64,000 nt of DNA from Candidatus Oxydemutatoraceae bacterium. GTDB taxonomy: Bacteria; Pseudomonadota; Gammaproteobacteria; Poriferisulfidales; Oxydemutatoraceae. The DNA lies in the NCBI GenBank assembly GCA_965220085.1, contig CBDCOZ010000003.1, forward strand, positions 1,312,001-1,376,000, read 5' to 3'. Shown here one piece after another: positions 8,231-20,200 of the stretch (position 1 is the first letter of the stretch; each line of letters starts with the position of its first letter). The position numbers were made by a program, and so were the translations under genes. The notes beneath the pieces are model-generated. The model was not told the DNA's origin and ran no database searches. It worked only from the letters and a program-made list of their open reading frames with translations.

Positions 8231-9695
8231 TTAGCGCAACGGGCCTTCAAGGAAGAGGCGCAAACGGGGCAAAGCGTCGGCGCTTTGCCCCGTCACTATA
8301 ATTTCCAGCGGCAAGCGATTGGATACCGCCGGCTCAGGCGGCTCGTGTCCCGCCGGCGGCGGAGAAAGTCCCGGGGCATCACCGAGCGTTGCGAATGAAG
8401 CATATACCATCACGGTGTGTGTCGTTGCCACAGCACCCAGCGCAGCACATTGGCATGGTCGGCATATGTTATCGTCGTATCCCGCGGGCCCTCGCGCAAT
8501 TGGAAGCCGAACTCTTGCCAACTCGGCATGCCGTCGCCGTTAAAACCTGTCTTCAGCGCCGGGTATTGCGCGGCGGTACCGAAGTCCCAGTAATCGCCGG
8601 CGCCGCCTTCGTTCCAGCGGGCGCAGATGCCGACATAGCCTTGGGGAGCTTGCAACTCGGCGGTTGTCCGAGCCATAGCGCTGCCGGAATCGCCCGACCC
8701 GACCGCAACGCCGATGCCGGATGCCTCGGTATCCCAATACACTTGGGCAAACATACCTTGGATTACAGTATGGTTTTCTCCGGCAACGCCGCCGCGTTGT
8801 GCGGAAGCGGGGCGGATAAGAGCGGTGGCATAGGCGTATTTGATCTCCGCCTCTTGAAAATAGCCGACCAAACCGCCGCCGGACGAAGCGGTTACGGTTA
8901 CGTAGCCGCTTGCATACGCATGTTCCGCCCTGCCTCCGTTGCCGACAAAGGATCCGATCAGACCGCCCGCCTCGTCGTTGGCAACTGCGGTTCCGCTGGC
9001 ATAACTCGCGCGTACCGTGCCGCCGTCGCTGCGGCCCGCTAACGAGCCGACCCATGTGTCGCCTTTCGCCGCCACTGCGGAGTACGATCGCTCCGCCGTG
9101 CCGCCGTCCAGATAGCCGACCAAGCCGCCGATGTTAATCTTGCCATCGCCCGTAACCGAACCGGTCACGCCGACATTTGATATGATGCCGCGGTCATCTG
9201 CGATGCCGAATAATCCCTGCCCCCATTCGCCCGCTTGCCCGTCGATATACAGGTTGCAAATGGCACGGCCGTTGCCGTTAAATGTCGCCGCAAAGCCAAA
9301 CAGAACATGCGGCGCTATCGGCGCCCAGCCGCTGCCGCCCTCGCCTTTGCTCCAGTCTTTGTTCGCCGCGCCGGAGGCATAGCTGTTCGCATCGTCAAAA
9401 TCCAGATCGTTGTTTAACTCATAGCCTCTGCAATCGCCGGAACAACCCATGTTGTCGGCCGCATCGGGAAATGTCGCCGCATATGTCGGCGTACTCGAGG
9501 GCATTCCGTCGCCGTCGCGGTCAAACCGTACCGCGCTGAGTTGCTCCAAAGTTTCAATCTCAATCAAGCCGTTATCATCGACATCGCAATCGATCCGCGT
9601 CTGCGGCGGGGCTTGCGCCGACACGGCGCCCGACAGAATGCGGCACGAAATAACCACGAACCGACACAGACCGACAGTGACTTCGCTTTGTTCAT
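8231..9695 (-). pseudogene. Frameshifted single-module paralog of the giant repeat proteins, ending RLRLFLEGPLR
   Basis: ORF 8410-9657 encodes one full module. An out-of-frame junction near 8442 leads into a cadherin-like tail in ORF 8231-8521. A probable signal-peptide ATG at 9695 is in another frame. Confidence 0.75.
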
Positions 9696-9883
9696 ACGCT
9701 CAAACAGGTTCCGGCCCCAAGGCTACGGACACAGCCCGCAGATGCCGCTTTCCCGCCGCGGGCGCGTTGAAGGCCCTTTAATCCGGTATCCCTTCTCTGC
9801 GCAACGATGCCCATCACGATGCATTGCCTCCCGCTGTTTTCTGCCGCCCGCTCGCGGGTCGTCCGTTCTGCCGCCCGCCGGCG

Positions 9884-10738
9884 CTAATCGCCGCTCGCCG
9901 GCATCTCACCGACAAGCAACTGCGGGTCAAGCCGTTGATCAAACCAATTCACGCGCCAGTCCAGATGCGGGCCGGTCGCCCTGCCGCTGGCGCCGACAGC
10001 GCCGATGACCTGTCCCTTTTGCACTCGGTCGCCGGGCCTGGCGTGTGCCGCGTCCAGATGCAACATCGTCGATGAAACACCGTGACCGTGGTCGATCACC
10101 ATCGTGACACCGGAAAAGTACATGTCGCGCACCAGCGCCACCTCCCCCGCCGCCGGCGCCTTCGCCGGCGTGCCGACAGGAGCGGCAATATCCACCCCGT
10201 AATGCGGGCTGCGCGGTTTGCCATTGAGGATGCGGCCGACGCCATAAACGCCGGTGATGATGCCGCGCACCGGCCAAACAAATGGCTCCAGAAAAAACAA
10301 CAGGGCGGTATCGCGGGCGCGCACGGCCCCGATCGAACGCCGATCTTGCTCAATCCGCGCATACGCTTCCGGCGGCGGCGTCACTTTGTCGGCGGCCAGA
10401 TTATCGATCCGCTGCGTATCGTATTCGCGCCGCGCAATTTCCAGCGCGTGCGATGACACGCCGCCGTCGGCGAGCGTGATCTCAAGCTTTGCCGACCGCG
10501 GCGCGTTGCGACCGAAGCCGATGACAAAGCGTCCGTCATCGCTCACCCGCAGCGCGCGTTTTTCAAACACCGCCTTCGCCCCCGGCGCCGCCTTGCCGAT
10601 GACCATGCCGCCCTGTAGCAAGGGCCCGCTGAGGCTGACACCGCCGCTTTGATAAGACGTATCCGCGGAGGCGCCGAGCGAAGGCAATACAAGCGTCATA
10701 GCGAACGCCGCTGCCTTGCGCCAACAATACGGAGTCAT
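9884..10738 (-). CDS. M23 family metallopeptidase
   Basis: HYGVD (HxxxD), GRATGPHLDW and an N-terminal signal peptide. Confidence 0.92.
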   Translation of the reverse strand: MTPYCWRKAAAFAMTLVLPSLGASADTSYQSGGVSLSGPLLQGGMVIGKAAPGAKAVFEKRALRVSDDGRFVIGFGRNAPRSAKLEITLADGGVSSHALEIARREYDTQRIDNLAADKVTPPPEAYARIEQDRRSIGAVRARDTALLFFLEPFVWPVRGIITGVYGVGRILNGKPRSPHYGVDIAAPVGTPAKAPAAGEVALVRDMYFSGVTMVIDHGHGVSSTMLHLDAAHARPGDRVQKGQVIGAVGASGRATGPHLDWRVNWFDQRLDPQLLVGEMPASGD

Positions 10739-10742
10739 GCCA

Positions 10743-11126
10743 TCAGTCGTACTTTATATAGGCAAAGCGTTGGTCGGTCGGCGCGCCTTCCAAGGCCCCG
10801 TCGTCCGCGCCCGGCTGCCATTGAACGACCTCCTCAATTTTTGCCGCCAGCTCAAAGTCCTTGTTGGTCACGCCCTTCGCGGCATGATTCATCAGTTTGA
10901 CGATGACAAAGGCATACGACACCGCCAAGTCCGGATGGTGGAAAGCCGCCTCGGACAGGTGCGCAATCGTATTCACGACCAGCAACGTTCCCTTCCAGCT
11001 GTGCGTTTTGTACTTGCGCCGTATCCAACCGTCTTCGTAATACCAATGCGGCAACTCCGCCTCAAGTCGCTGCTTGATGTCCGCCTCCTCATATGTTTCT
11101 TCGCCTTTCAGTTCTCTCCATCCCAT
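10743..11126 (-). CDS. Pterin-4-alpha-carbinolamine dehydratase
   Basis: AFHHPDL motif and H-AAKGVTNKDFELA. Confidence 0.9.
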   Translation of the reverse strand: MGWRELKGEETYEEADIKQRLEAELPHWYYEDGWIRRKYKTHSWKGTLLVVNTIAHLSEAAFHHPDLAVSYAFVIVKLMNHAAKGVTNKDFELAAKIEEVVQWQPGADDGALEGAPTDQRFAYIKYD

Positions 11127-11204
11127 AGTTATCCTCCTTCTTCTCGGATTGATCTATAAATAATTGTCCGCTGCCGATACGCCCTCGCAAGGGAGCGATG
11201 ATGC

Positions 11205-14200
11205 TTATCGCAGCGGGCCTTCAAGGAAGAGACGCAGGCGCAGTCTGATCCCGGCGCGGGGCTCTGTCACCTCAATCGTCAATTCCCAGTCATCGGATTC
11301 TACCGCCTCCGCGCCGGCAAAGGAAACGCGCACCGCCACGGTGTGTGTCGTTGCCACAGGGCCCAGCGCGGCGGCGGCGGCCAAACGAATCTCGCCGCTG
11401 GCGGAATCTATCGCAAACAGGCCGCCCGCATTATCGCTCAGACTCCACGTCAGGCCGGATGTCACCGGATTATTCGCTTCGTCGCGCGCGACCAGCGCGA
11501 TGCCGGATACCGCCGTCGCGGTCGCGGCGTTCTCGGCGATGCGGTTGTCAGCGCTATTGTCGTCCGCAACCCTCAGCGACTCCAATACATTCGTTACGTT
11601 TATCATCAGAGTATATTCGCCGATGCTGCCGTCGCTTGCGGTCGCCGCCGCCCTCACGCGATGGCCGGCGTCGGTTTCGTAGTCCGGCGCGCGGTCGGCG
11701 GACGTACGGACGACGCCGGCTGTGGTAATCACAAATAAGCCGCTCGCATCGTCTGTCAGTTGCCAGATGATACCGCTCAGCGCGACACCGTTCCTCGTCG
11801 CCGCCAGCGATACGCCCGCAACCGCCGTGTCTGCGCTATTCTCAACGATTGTGTTCGTAGTCGGGTCGGTGTCGCTTACCGTCGGCGCGATAATCGCCTC
11901 GTCAAAATCGATCACCGTGATCATCAAGTCCAGCCGGTTGGAAAGCACGGCGCCTTCCGCCGCTTGTGCCGTAATCGTGTGCGTCGCCGATGTTTCGTAA
12001 TCTAACATGCCGGCCAAGCGTATCGCGCCGCTGTCGGCATCGATTGCAAACAGCCCGTCGGCGTCCTCGGTCAGGCTCCAGGTCAGTCCCGATGTCACCG
12101 GATTATTCGTTTCGTCGGTTGCGACCAGCGTAATACCGCCGAGTAGCGCGCCGACCGGCGTATTCTCGGCAACCGCAATGGTTGCGGTGCTGCGGTTTGC
12201 GATCGTCAGCGACTCCGGCGCATTGTCAATCGCTATCGCTACCTCCAACTCGGCGTAGACCATGTTATCGGTTTCAACTCTTACCCTAACGGTATGCGTT
12301 TGTGTATTTTCGTGATCCTCCACAGACCTTGCGAGCACGATCTCGCCGCTAGCGGAGTCTATTGCAAACAGTCCGTCGGCATCATCTGGCAAACTCCAGG
12401 TCAGCCCCGACGTCACCGGATTATTCGTTTCATCGCTTACAACCAGCATGATGTTGCTCACTGGCGCGCCGACCAGCGTATTCTTGGCAATACGGCTGTC
12501 GGGAACCGCCCCGATGGTGATATCGGGCATAGCCGCGTTGGTAACCGTCAATCTCTTCGGCACATTCCCCACATCCGCCCGCACAGCAAAGGGAGCGGAC
12601 AGATCTCCGTCCCGCTCCGCTCGCACTTGCAACACGTATGTCGGAGTAGTTTCATGATCCAGTTCGGCTCTTGCCAGTGTTATCTCGCCGCTGTCGCGGT
12701 CTATTGCAAACAAGCCGCCCGCATCATCGCTCAGGATCCAAGTCAGGCCGGAGGTCACCGCGCTGTCGCCGTCGTTTGCGATCAGCGTGATGCCGCGCAA
12801 CGGCGCGCCGACCGTCGCGTTCTCGGCAATCGTGTTCGCGGCAGGGTCGGTATCCGCGATCGCCAGTCCGACCGGCGCCGCGGAGCGGCTCGCCTCGCCG
12901 CCATGGACGATGGCCGCAACCGAATAAGCATGCAATGTGCCCGCGACCCGCTCCGTATCCTCGTAAGTCATCACCGCAGTCGCAGTCGTTATCGCGATAC
13001 CGTCGCGATAGACGGCATACGCAATCGCCGGCGGCGATTGCCAATGGCTTGTATCCGGCGCACTCCACGTCAGCACGTTGGCATGGTCGGCGTATGTTAT
13101 CGCCGCATCCCGCGGCCCTTGGCGCAGTTGATAACCGAACTCTTGCCAACTCGGCGTGCCTTCGCCGTCAAAGTCTGTTTTCAGCGCCGGGTACTCGTCC
13201 GCCGCGCCAAAATCCCAGTAATCGATGGAACCGTTCACATCCCACTTGGCATAGATACCGACATGCCCGGTCGGGGACTGCAACTCGGCGGCGGTCTTGG
13301 CGGCGACACCCGCCGCAGAACCGAAGCCGAAAGCAACGCTCTGTCCGGACACGTCGCTATCCCAGTAGACCGCTTCAAAGACGGGATTGCCCCCGGCAAC
13401 CCTGCCGGCAACGCCGCCGTGATTCCCCGGCGCGACCAACGCGGTCGAATACGCATACTCCAGCCGCATATTGCCGCCGACAGAACCCAGCAATCCGCCG
13501 CCCTGTCGTTGCGCATTCACATAACCGGCGGCATACACATGCTCTATGATGATGTTCGCATCGTTATCGCCGCCGCCGCTCAAGCCGCCGCCTGCGGCAT
13601 CGGCGAGCGCGCGACCGGTCGCATAACTCGCGCGCAACACACCGCCGTTGACCGAACCGAGCAACGAGCCGACTTGCTCTGTCCCTTGCGCGGCTACCGT
13701 TGAATAACTCTGCGCAACCGTGCCCCCGGCCAACTCGCCGACCAAGCCGCCGACGGCCGTTCCGCCGCGCACCGAACCGGTGACGCCGACGCCGGTAATC
13801 GTCGCGCCGGCGGCGGAACCGAACAAGCCCTGCGCATCGGCGTCGCGGCGAATGTAAAGGTTCTCGATTACATGACCGTTGCCGTTAAACGCCGCGATAA
13901 AGCGGTTTTCACGCGCGCCGATCGGCATCCAGCCCGCGCCCGCTGTCCACTCCGAGTTCGTGCTTGCGGCATAGCTGCCGCTATCGTTAAAGTCAAGACT
14001 CCGTGTCAATTCATAGCCGTTGCAGCCATGCGCGCAGTTCAGATCAGCGGCGCTATGAGGGAAAGCTGTCTCATAGCGCCGTGAGTCCGCGGATGGGATG
14101 CCATCGCCATCCAAGTCCCAGCGCAGCGCGTCAAGCTGCTCGAGGTTAGTGATTTCAATCAAGCCGTTATCGTCGGTGTCGTAATCGCGCGAGCGGGATA

Positions 14201-17200
14201 CGGCGACGCTGCGAGCCGCCTCGCCGCCGTCGATCACCGCGACGACATGATAGGTGTAATCGCTGCCGATCGCAGCAGTAGTATCGGCATACTCGGCGCG
14301 CGCCTCCGCGACACTTGCCAGCGCGAGGCTATCGCGATATACGGCATAGGCGACAACCGTATCCGCGGCGCAGTGCGTCGTATCCGGCGCGCTCCAACTC
14401 AAGTCTCTGTCGCCGACTCCGCGCACCGTCAGCGCCAAGTCCTCGCGTATCTGACAGCCGAACTCTTGCCAACTCGGTATGCCGTCGCCGTCAAAATCCG
14501 CTTTCAAAGCGGGATATTGTTCGGCGTTGCCGAAATCCCAATTATCGCTGTCGTCCGCGTTCCAGTCGGCGTAGATGCCGCTGTAAGCCGTCGGCGTTTG
14601 CAACTCCGCGCCCGTCTTGCCGGTCGCGCCCGAAGCGGACCCCGAACCGGCCGCGCGCTGTTTGCCGGTGACTTGGGCATCCCAATAGACGACGGCAAAC
14701 GTCGGATTGACGCCGTTGACTTCGCCGGCGATACCGCCGCTCGTCGCCGCCGCGGAGTTGATCAATGACGCGGCATAGCTATATTTGATCTGTAGCGCCC
14801 CCATGTTGCCAATCAGGCCGCCCGCTGCCCGTTGCGCGTTCACGTATCCCGTCGCATAGACATACTCAACGGTCGTATTCGCGCTGTTGCCGCTGCCGCC
14901 GATGAGACCGCCGGCGACCGCAGTGGCGCTGGTATTGCCGCTGGCATAGCTGGCAAGAACCGCTCCGCCGTCGGCGTAGCCGACCAAGGGAGCGACCGCC
15001 TCGCCGCCGCGCGCCGATACTGCCGAGTAACTGTTCGTGACGATGCCGCCGGATAATTCGCCGACCAGTCCGCCGCTTTGATCGCCGCCAGCGACCGATC
15101 CCGTTATGCCGATATTGGACACTGTCGCACTGCTGTTGATGCTGCCAAACAGACCCTGACGATCCGCGGCGCGATCGATGCGGAGGTTATCGATGCGGCG
15201 ACCCTTGCCGTCAAATACCGCCGCATACCGGTCTTCCCGGGCGCCGATCGGCAGCCAACCCGCGCCCGTCGACCGCTTGGCGCTATCGCTGTCCGGCGCA
15301 TAGCTGTTCGCATCCGCAAAATCCAGATCCCGGGTCAATTCATAACCGCCGCAACCGCTCGGGCACCCCTTGCCGCCGGAAGATTTCGGGAAGGCGATCA
15401 GATAGTGGCTCCGGTTCTCGGTGCTGGCATGGCCGTCGCCATCGGTATCCCAGCGTATCGCATTCAGTTGATCCAGATTGGAAATATCAAGCAGGTTATC
15501 GTCATCCCGGTCATAATCTATCGTTGCCAATGTCTCAACGTGACGGCTCGCTTCGCCGCCGTTGACGACGGCGGCAATATGGTAGGTGTGCGCGATACCG
15601 CCGACGCTCGTCTCATCGAGATAACGCGCTTCGGCTATGCCGCCCGGCGCGGTCAGACGTATCCCGTCGCGGTAGACCGCATACCCGACCGTCGGCGGCG
15701 TCGCGCAGTGAGACACATCGGGCGCGTCCCAAGTCAGTTTTACCGCAGCGCCGACAAGGTAATGCACCGCGTTTTGCGGCGGCTCGCGCAACTGGCAGCC
15801 AAACTCCCGCCAACTCGCCTCGCCGTCGTTGTTGAAATCGACCTTCAATGCCGGGTATTGATTGTTGCTGCCAAAATCCCAATAGTCGGCGCCGTCCGCA
15901 TTCCAGTTGGCATAGATGCCGGCATAGGTCGTCGGCGCTTGCAGTTCGCTGATGGACTTGTCGCCGCCTTCATAGCCGGGGCCGAGCACATGCAGACCGA
16001 TCGGATTGTCTCTGCCCGATGCCCCGGCATCCCAATACACGGCGGTCAGCGCATCGCTCCTGAGCGCATTAAAGCCGATAAGTCCCCCGCTTTCTATCGG
16101 GTCGGGGTGAATCAAAGCGGCGCTATAACCGTATTTGAGTTGCGCCGACTGCAAACTGCCGATCAGTCCGCCGGCCCACCTGTTGAAAGTCGCCATCGTC
16201 GCATCTACAAAACCGGTCGCATACACATGCGCTATCTCGCTGTCGTTGCCGCCGCCGCTGTCATCCGCGCGTCCGATCAAGCCGCCGGCGCGACCGTTGG
16301 CATGGGTATTGCCCGTCGCATAACTCGCGCGAATGACGCTGCGCTTTGCGCTTCCGAGCAGAGAGCCGATAGAGCGGTCGCCCAGCGCCGTCACCGCCGA
16401 ATAGCTGTCCCTGACCGCGCCGTCGCTCAGTTCGCCAATCAGGCCGCCGACCCGATCGCCCGATGCGCTCAAACTCGACGCGCTCGCATCCACCGTGCCG
16501 GTCACGCCGACATTGCGCACTGTGCCGCCGACGACTGCGCCGAACAAACCCTGACGGTCGGCTTCGCGATCGATGGAAAGGTTGGCGATTACGTTGCCAT
16601 TGCCGTTGAAGATCGCCGTGAAAGGCGCGGCTTCGCTGCCGATAGCAACCCAGCCCTCGGCGCTTCCGGCGCTGGCGGCGCGCAAATCCAAATCGTTGAT
16701 CAATTCGTAGCCGGCGCAGGTTCCGACGCAACCCATATTGGTCGCGGCATCGACAAACCGCGTGACATACTCTTGCGTGCTCGCCGACGGCGCGCCGTCG
16801 CCGTCCAAATCCCAACGTATCGCAGCGAGTTGCTCCGCGGTGGCGACCTCAATCAAACCGTCGTCGTCGCTGTCATAGTCCCGCGCCATAGAGACAGCGA
16901 CGCCGCGTACCGCTTCGCCGCCATGGACAACCGCCGCCACATGATAGGCATATGTGTCGTCGATCACGGCGGCGGTATCGGCGTAAGTCGTCTCGGCGAT
17001 GCCTTCGCCCGCGGTCAAAGCCGCGCCGTCACGGTAAACGGCGTAGGTAACCGCTTGCGGCAACGCGCAGTGGTCGGTATCGGGCGCGCTCCAATTCAAG
17101 GTTCTTGAGGTTCCGGCGCCGCTCGCCGTCACGACCGGCGCGCTGCGCGCTTGGCAACCGAATTCCCGCCAACTCGCGGCGCCGTCGCCGTCAAAATCAA

Positions 17201-20200
17201 CTTTCAGCGCGGGGTACTGATCGGAAGCGCCAAAGTCCCAGTAGTCGCTATTGTCCGTATTCCAGTTCTTGTAGATGCCGGTGTACGTCGTCGGCATCCG
17301 CAATTCAAAGCTCGTCTTGCCGTCGATACCGGAATCGGAACCGGCGCCGACACCGTTTTGCTTGCCCGAAGTTTCGCGGTCCCAATAGATATCGGCAAAT
17401 GCGGCGTGGCTGTTCTCGCCGACGACACCGCCGGCCATCGTCGCCGCGCTGTCGATCAAGGCTGTGGAATACGCGTAACTTATTTGCCCGGCACTGGTAT
17501 CGCCAATCAAACCGCCCAACACTTCGCCGCTGTTATTGACGCCGCTCACATAGCCGGTGGCATAGGCATGCTCTGCCGTGCCTCCGAGGGCGGCGATACG
17601 ACCGATCAAACCGCCCGCCCGGTTCGCAGCCGCCGCGTTGCCGGTCGCATAACTGCGACGCACCGCAGCCGCCCTGACCCTGCCAGCCAAAGAACCGACC
17701 TCGGAGCGTCCGCGTACCGCGACCGCCGAATAGCTGTTCTCTATCGCGCTATCGGTTCGCAGCAGACCGACCAAACCGCCGACAACATCGTTGCCGACGA
17801 CCGCGCCGGTGACACCGAGGTTGCCGATGCGCGCCGGCGTCTCGATCGCGCCGAACAAACCTTGTGCGGTTGCGTCGCGGTCGATATGCAGGTTATAGAT
17901 CGTATGACCGTTGCCGTCGAACGTCGCCGCAAACCTGTCGCCGGCGGCGGGCGCGCCAATCGGCGCCCAACCCTCGCCCGTGGTCCACGCGCTGCTGACG
18001 TTGCCGGTCACATAGCTGGCAAAGTCGTCAAAGTCCAGATTCCTCATCAACTCATAACCGCTGCAACCGCCGGGGCAACCCATGTCATCGGCGGGATCGG
18101 GAAAGACGGCGGCATACGTCGCGCTGCTGTCCGTTGCCGGAACGCCGTCGCCACCCAAATCCCAACGCACCGCGTCCAGTTGCTCCAGACTGTCGATCTC
18201 GATCAAGCCGTCGTCGTCGTCGTCGTAATCGACTATCCTTGAGCGGATGCTTTGGCGCGCGGCTTCCCCGCCGTCGATGACTGCCGCAAGGTGATAGACA
18301 TATTCGGTGTCGGCGCTGCGTTGCGCATCGACATAACTCGTCGCGGTCCATTCGCCGGCGGCTGTCAGCGCTTCGCCGTCGCGGTAGACGTTATAGGAAA
18401 CGCTTGTGTTCGCCTTGCAGTGAGACACATCGGGCGCACTCCAGGCCAAGGTCCTGACATCGCCGGTGCCGCGCGCCGCCAATATCGGTTTTTCGCGCAC
18501 CTGACAGCCGAACTCTTGCCAACTCGCTTCGCCGTCGTTGTTGAAATCGATCTTCAACGCCGGATACTGCTTGCTGCTGCCGAAATCCCAATAGTCGCCG
18601 CCATCCGTATTCCAGTCGGCATAGATGCCGACATATCCCGGCGGCGACCGCAACTCGGCGCTGCTCTTGCCGTCGATGCCGTCGATCGCTCGGTCCGCCG
18701 CATTGTCCCGGCCCGAGGTCTCAAGATCCCAATACACGGATGCGAATACGCTGTCCGAACCGGCGACGCCGACCGCGCCGCCGCTGCGTGGCAAGTCGGG
18801 GACGACCAGCGCCGTGGCGTAAGCGTAGCCGATCCGCGCGCCGCCGGCATCGCCAATCAAGCCGCCGCCTTTTCTGTTTGCATTGTCGCCGTTTATATCC
18901 ACGCGCCCGGTCGCATACGCATGTTCCAGCGAGGTGCTGGCGTTGGAAACAAAGCCGAGCAGACCGCCGACCTGATTGCTCGCGGATACGTTGCCGGTGG
19001 CATAGCTTGTGCGCAACGCTATGTTGGCGACATAACCGACGATACCGCCGGCAAAACCGTTTGCCCGCACCGACACCGCGGAGTAACTGTTCGCAATCGC
19101 GCCGCCCTCCAAACTGCCGACCACGCCGCCGACCCGATTGCCGGCCCTGGCGATCGCGCCGGTCACGCCGATGTTCGCAATCGTTGCGCCGCGGGCATCG
19201 CCGAACAAGCCTTGTCTTTCCGCGTTGGTGTCGATGCCGAGGTTATAAACCGTATGGCCGTTGCCGTTGAACGCGGTCGCGAAAACATTGGTGAGATTGC
19301 CGATTGGATCCCAGCCATCCGCCCATGCCGAATTGACCGCGCCGCTCGCATAGTCGGCGGGGTTGTCAAAATCCAGATCGCGCGTCAGTTCATAGCCGCC
19401 GCAAACCCCCGGGCAACCGACCGTGCCGACGGTGTTCGGGAAGGCCGCGGCATAATCCGCCGCATGGTCCGCATCATCGGGATTGCCATCGCCGTCCATG
19501 TCCCAGCGCATCGCGTTGAGTTGCTCCAATGTGCCGATCCCGATCAAACCATCGTCGTCGATGTCGTAATCCCGCCCCGATACGATGACACTGCGGCTCG
19601 CTTCGCCGCCGTTGATGACCGCCGCAACATGGTAGGCGTATATCGTGTCGGCATCCGCGGTTACGTCGGCGTAGGAAGATGTCTCTATGCCGTCGGCGAG
19701 CACGATGCCGTCGCGGTATACGGCATAGGTAATCGTCGGCGTGGAAGCCCAATGAGAGAGCTCAGGCTCCGACCAATCCAGCGTTCTGGATGTGAGCTGA
19801 TAGCCCACGGTCAAATCTGCCGGGCCCTCGCGCAACTGGCAGCCGAACTCCTGCCAACTCGCCTCCCCGTAGCCGTCAAAATCTGTTTTCAGCGCCGGGT
19901 ATTGTTCGGAAGTTCCAAAATCCCAGTGGTCGCTATCGCTTGTGTTCCAATTCTCATAGATGCCGGTATAGGTCGTTGGCATCTGTAATTCGGCGCTCGT
20001 CCATCCGCTGATGCCATCATCAGAGCCGTCGCCGACGCCGTTGTTCTTGGCCGAGGTCTCGCGGTCCCAATAGACATCGGTGAACGTCGCATTGACATTC
20101 TCACCGACGAAGCCGCCGCTCATCGACGCTATGGAGTCAAGCAATGCGGTGGAATAACCATAGTTGATCTGTCCCGCACCGGCATTGCCGAGCAAACCGC

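Noticed and set aside
9760-9790. Plus-strand RVEGPLIR resembling the FLEGPLR motif
   Set aside because: It is on the opposite strand, not at a terminus, inside a spurious ORF, and probably chance
11205-11400. T1SS/RTX, autotransporter or sortase-type export of the giants
   Set aside because: No GGxGxD nonamers, C-terminal barrel or TM-plus-basic tail, and no such transporter is encoded here
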